A DNA stretch of 63,493 nt, the filler included, from Octopus bimaculoides (Eukaryota), in NCBI RefSeq assembly GCF_001194135.2. It is 4 parts of 4 records of this genome, joined end to end, with 100 filler letters (N's around TTAATTAATTAA, not from the genome) between each part and the next. Parts side by side here need not be neighbours in the genome. Positions count along the whole stretch, not along the records: positions 60,561 to 63,493 come from NC_068986.1; 3 more parts are not named here. The stretch is one strand, 5' to 3'. The position numbers were made by a program, and so were the translations under genes. Under the pieces are notes generated by a model. The model had not been told where the DNA came from. It did not search any database and worked only from the letters and a program-made list of their open reading frames with translations. Shown in pieces: positions 60,619-63,493 of the stretch (its first letter is position 1; every line of letters begins with the position of its first letter).

Positions 60619-62252
60619 ATGCATGTATGTGCACGCGCACATCTGTGTGCTTGCATGTCTGTGTGTGCTTTTGTGTGTATGTGTGCGTGTCTAAATTGAC
60701 GATATAACCACGTATACAATCTATTGGGAATAACTAGAGGAAAACCTAAAGGAACGCCTGCTAACGGAAACACTATTAGAAGAGTGTATGCTAACTTACA
60801 CATTGTTGCGATGCAGAAATAATCATGAATTAAACCTACACTTGTATTGATGAGAATACAAGTATAGAATAAGTTTGTTCTTTGACAGCATAGAGGTAAC
60901 TCCAGACGCGTTTACCCCTCACTAGATCTCATCAAGGAAGCCTTGTGTAACTCTCACTGATAGACATTATAATAACTGGAGAGGTATTTAGAGTTTTAAC
61001 GAATGTATGATGAGGAGTGTACTGACTTCAAAGAATGGTCAAGTGAAATTATTCAGAAGGACGATTTCAGTGAAAACTCTGGTGGACGAAAAACAAATTC
61101 TGTCAAAAGATAAATCAACTCAATGGAGTCAATGGCCATCCGACATCTCAGAATCAGAGACATTTGTTTACACATTTCTCTAGACTGCAAACTCTGATGT
61201 TACACCAGCCACTCACTTTACATCCGATGGCGTAGACTTGCTCTCCTTTTTGGGTAAATGCATACGTTCCTAAGAGAGTGAGATTGACTCGGTGCAAGAC
61301 CTTTCTTCACTTTAAAAAGCTTCCGGCACAACAACTGCTTGATCTTTAACATCCCTATTATGTGTGCCTACAATGGCAGGCCGTAGCCGAAAAAGCCAAA
61401 ATTTCAAGTCATGTTTCAACGTAGGTGGTAAGCTTTCTGGACACCTGTTGAAAGAGGCTACCTCTGTGCAAAGGAATGTAGGCTCCTTGCAAAACTAAAA
61501 AGCTACATCCGTCTTGCTCATGTTTAAGAGAACAATGAAATTATGGCATTGCTAGAAATCGTGTTGCAGCCAGCATATACCTCCTATCGTAAATGAAAGG
61601 AAGGATGCTGTTGGCTAATATAGTCTGGGGTTTTATCACGTCTGCAGAAAAGACGGGGCACGGTCACTGCTGTAAAATCAATAATCATAAAATTGATTGA
61701 GAAGGATTGCCCGATTAGGGTTAAACAACAACAACAACAACAACAACAACGGCAGCAGCAGTAGCAGCAACTATAGAGATTGTCAGAAATGCTGGCACTG
61801 ATGTTCGCAAAAGACTGCTGTTTGATCCAGTGACAGAATGTCTTTTGTCTAATCTACGTCACGCTACCGAATCTAGGCAGACGACTTAGACCCTGCTTAG
61901 ATCTTTATACTTCTTCTTAACTCTGTCTTACATAGTTTTTCTTTACTGTTCCTATTCTTCTTCAATGTTCTTGGTCAGCTTCAACGTGAATTTTTTGTCG
62001 TTCTTTCTCCGTCCGTTCCTTCAGTTCTTATCTCACCTCCCCAACCTCTGCCACCTCTCAGTTTCTCTTCCCTTGTTCCTTGTTTTACTTTGTATTCATG
62101 TAAAGGTTGAGTATGCGCTAGTTAAATATGTATACAAACACAGACGCAGACAAAGACACGTACAAAAACACATACGGATTATAGGTACGTACGTATATGC
62201 ACATTCTACTCACAAATACACTCATTTTTCTTTTGTTCCTATACTCGCAAAC

Positions 62253-62287
<35 letters not shown>

Positions 62288-62483
62288 NNNNNNNNNNNNN
62301 NNNNNNNNNNNNNNNNNNNCACAAACACACAAACGTGTGCGTCTGGATGCACCTATGGATAAATATATATCTATATATACACAGATACATATATATATAC
62401 ACACACACACACAATTATATATGTATGTTTGTGTGTGTGTGTGTGTTTGTATATATATATATATATGTGTATGTGTGAATGTT

Positions 62484-62522
<39 letters not shown>

Positions 62523-63493
62523 TTGTAGATATATATACGTAATATACACACATATGCATTATATAGATATAGATATACATGCTCAGACACACACTCAATG
62601 TGTAAGTACGTGTGCAATATCTGTGTGTGTGTGAGAATGTGCCTGCATATCTGTATATGTGAATGTTTAGGTACTGGTATTCTTTTTTTTTCTTTTTTTT
62701 ACTCGATTTTTCTATTACAACTAATTAACTGTCAAGTTAGAATCGAAAGAAGAAACACCACCTGAAGAGCTGTCAAAAAATAACGAACAAATAACTAATG
62801 AATTTTAAAAATATATAAAGAAAAAAATCACCCGTAAAGGCAACTAAAAACAAATCACTTATGTAAAATACAAAAAAGAAGAGAGACGAAACACCTAATA
62901 AATAAATTTTTAAAAACAACGTAGCAAACAGCACAGAAACTAAGTAAAAATGGAGGGAAAACCCGGATACAATAGGAAGCGGGCATATTGGATTGGTTGT
63001 TACAGACGATAGTATAAAAATGTCGTATAGGTTAATTGAGAAATAAACGAGCCTCTGTCGTTCAGAGATTTTTTTTCTTTCTTGTATGTAAGCTTATTAA
63101 TCATATAGGTGTTTGGACAGATATTCTATATGCGCGTGTCTATGAGTGCACGTGTTTGCGTGGATACAAATAGTAAATGAGTATATGCATATATACGTAC
63201 AGGTATGTGCATACCGACATCCACCTGTATGTATAGGTGCATATCTGGGTACAGGACATTGCAAACAAAACGTAGACGAGAAAACACACGAGCCACATAG
63301 AGAACATTCTTCTTCATCAGCTACCCCCGTTTTAACACCGGCGTTTCGAAGAGCTGGGCAGGACGCATCGTTAAAACGGCTCTTTCCATGGACCGCAAAT
63401 TAAATTTGTATACACAAATTAAATCTTGCCATGGAGGAATGTAGTGGCGGACAAAAAACAAGACAGGAAAACAAACAGAAAAGGCTTTACGGC

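Overview
Eukaryotic, AT-rich, microsatellite-saturated animal genomic DNA. The repeat landscape (tRNA-derived SINEs, R4/Dong-like LINE relics, Tc1/mariner, hAT and piggyBac MITEs) looks like a coleoid cephalopod, probably Octopus; this is an inference. The window is not one contig. Three identical 100-bp artificial spacers (N44-TTAATTAATTAA-N44) at 29702, 54947 and 60461 join four segments. The only well-supported host gene is a 5'-incomplete, + strand, six-exon CCDC50/Ymer-like gene (30367-50415). Its exon phases are consistent and it encodes two ubiquitin-binding MIU-like motifs. Nearly all long ORFs in the supplied track are microsatellite or N-gap artefacts. The most notable observations are: (i) a minimal type-I hammerhead-ribozyme-like motif on the minus strand (9514-9559); (ii) R4/Dong-type LINE pieces and a related ~565-bp unit stacked head-to-tail in (TAA)n tracts; (iii) the same SINE families keep CpG outside the gene segment but are CpG-decayed inside it, a fossil signature of gene-body methylation; (iv) a deleted rosa-like mariner that keeps an intact DNA-binding ORF; (v) competing splice sites in the CCDC50-like gene. 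I found no CRISPR, rRNA or genuine tRNA gene, and no clearly novel multi-gene system. All homology calls are by eye and have not been verified by search. SINE family labels A-D are my own.
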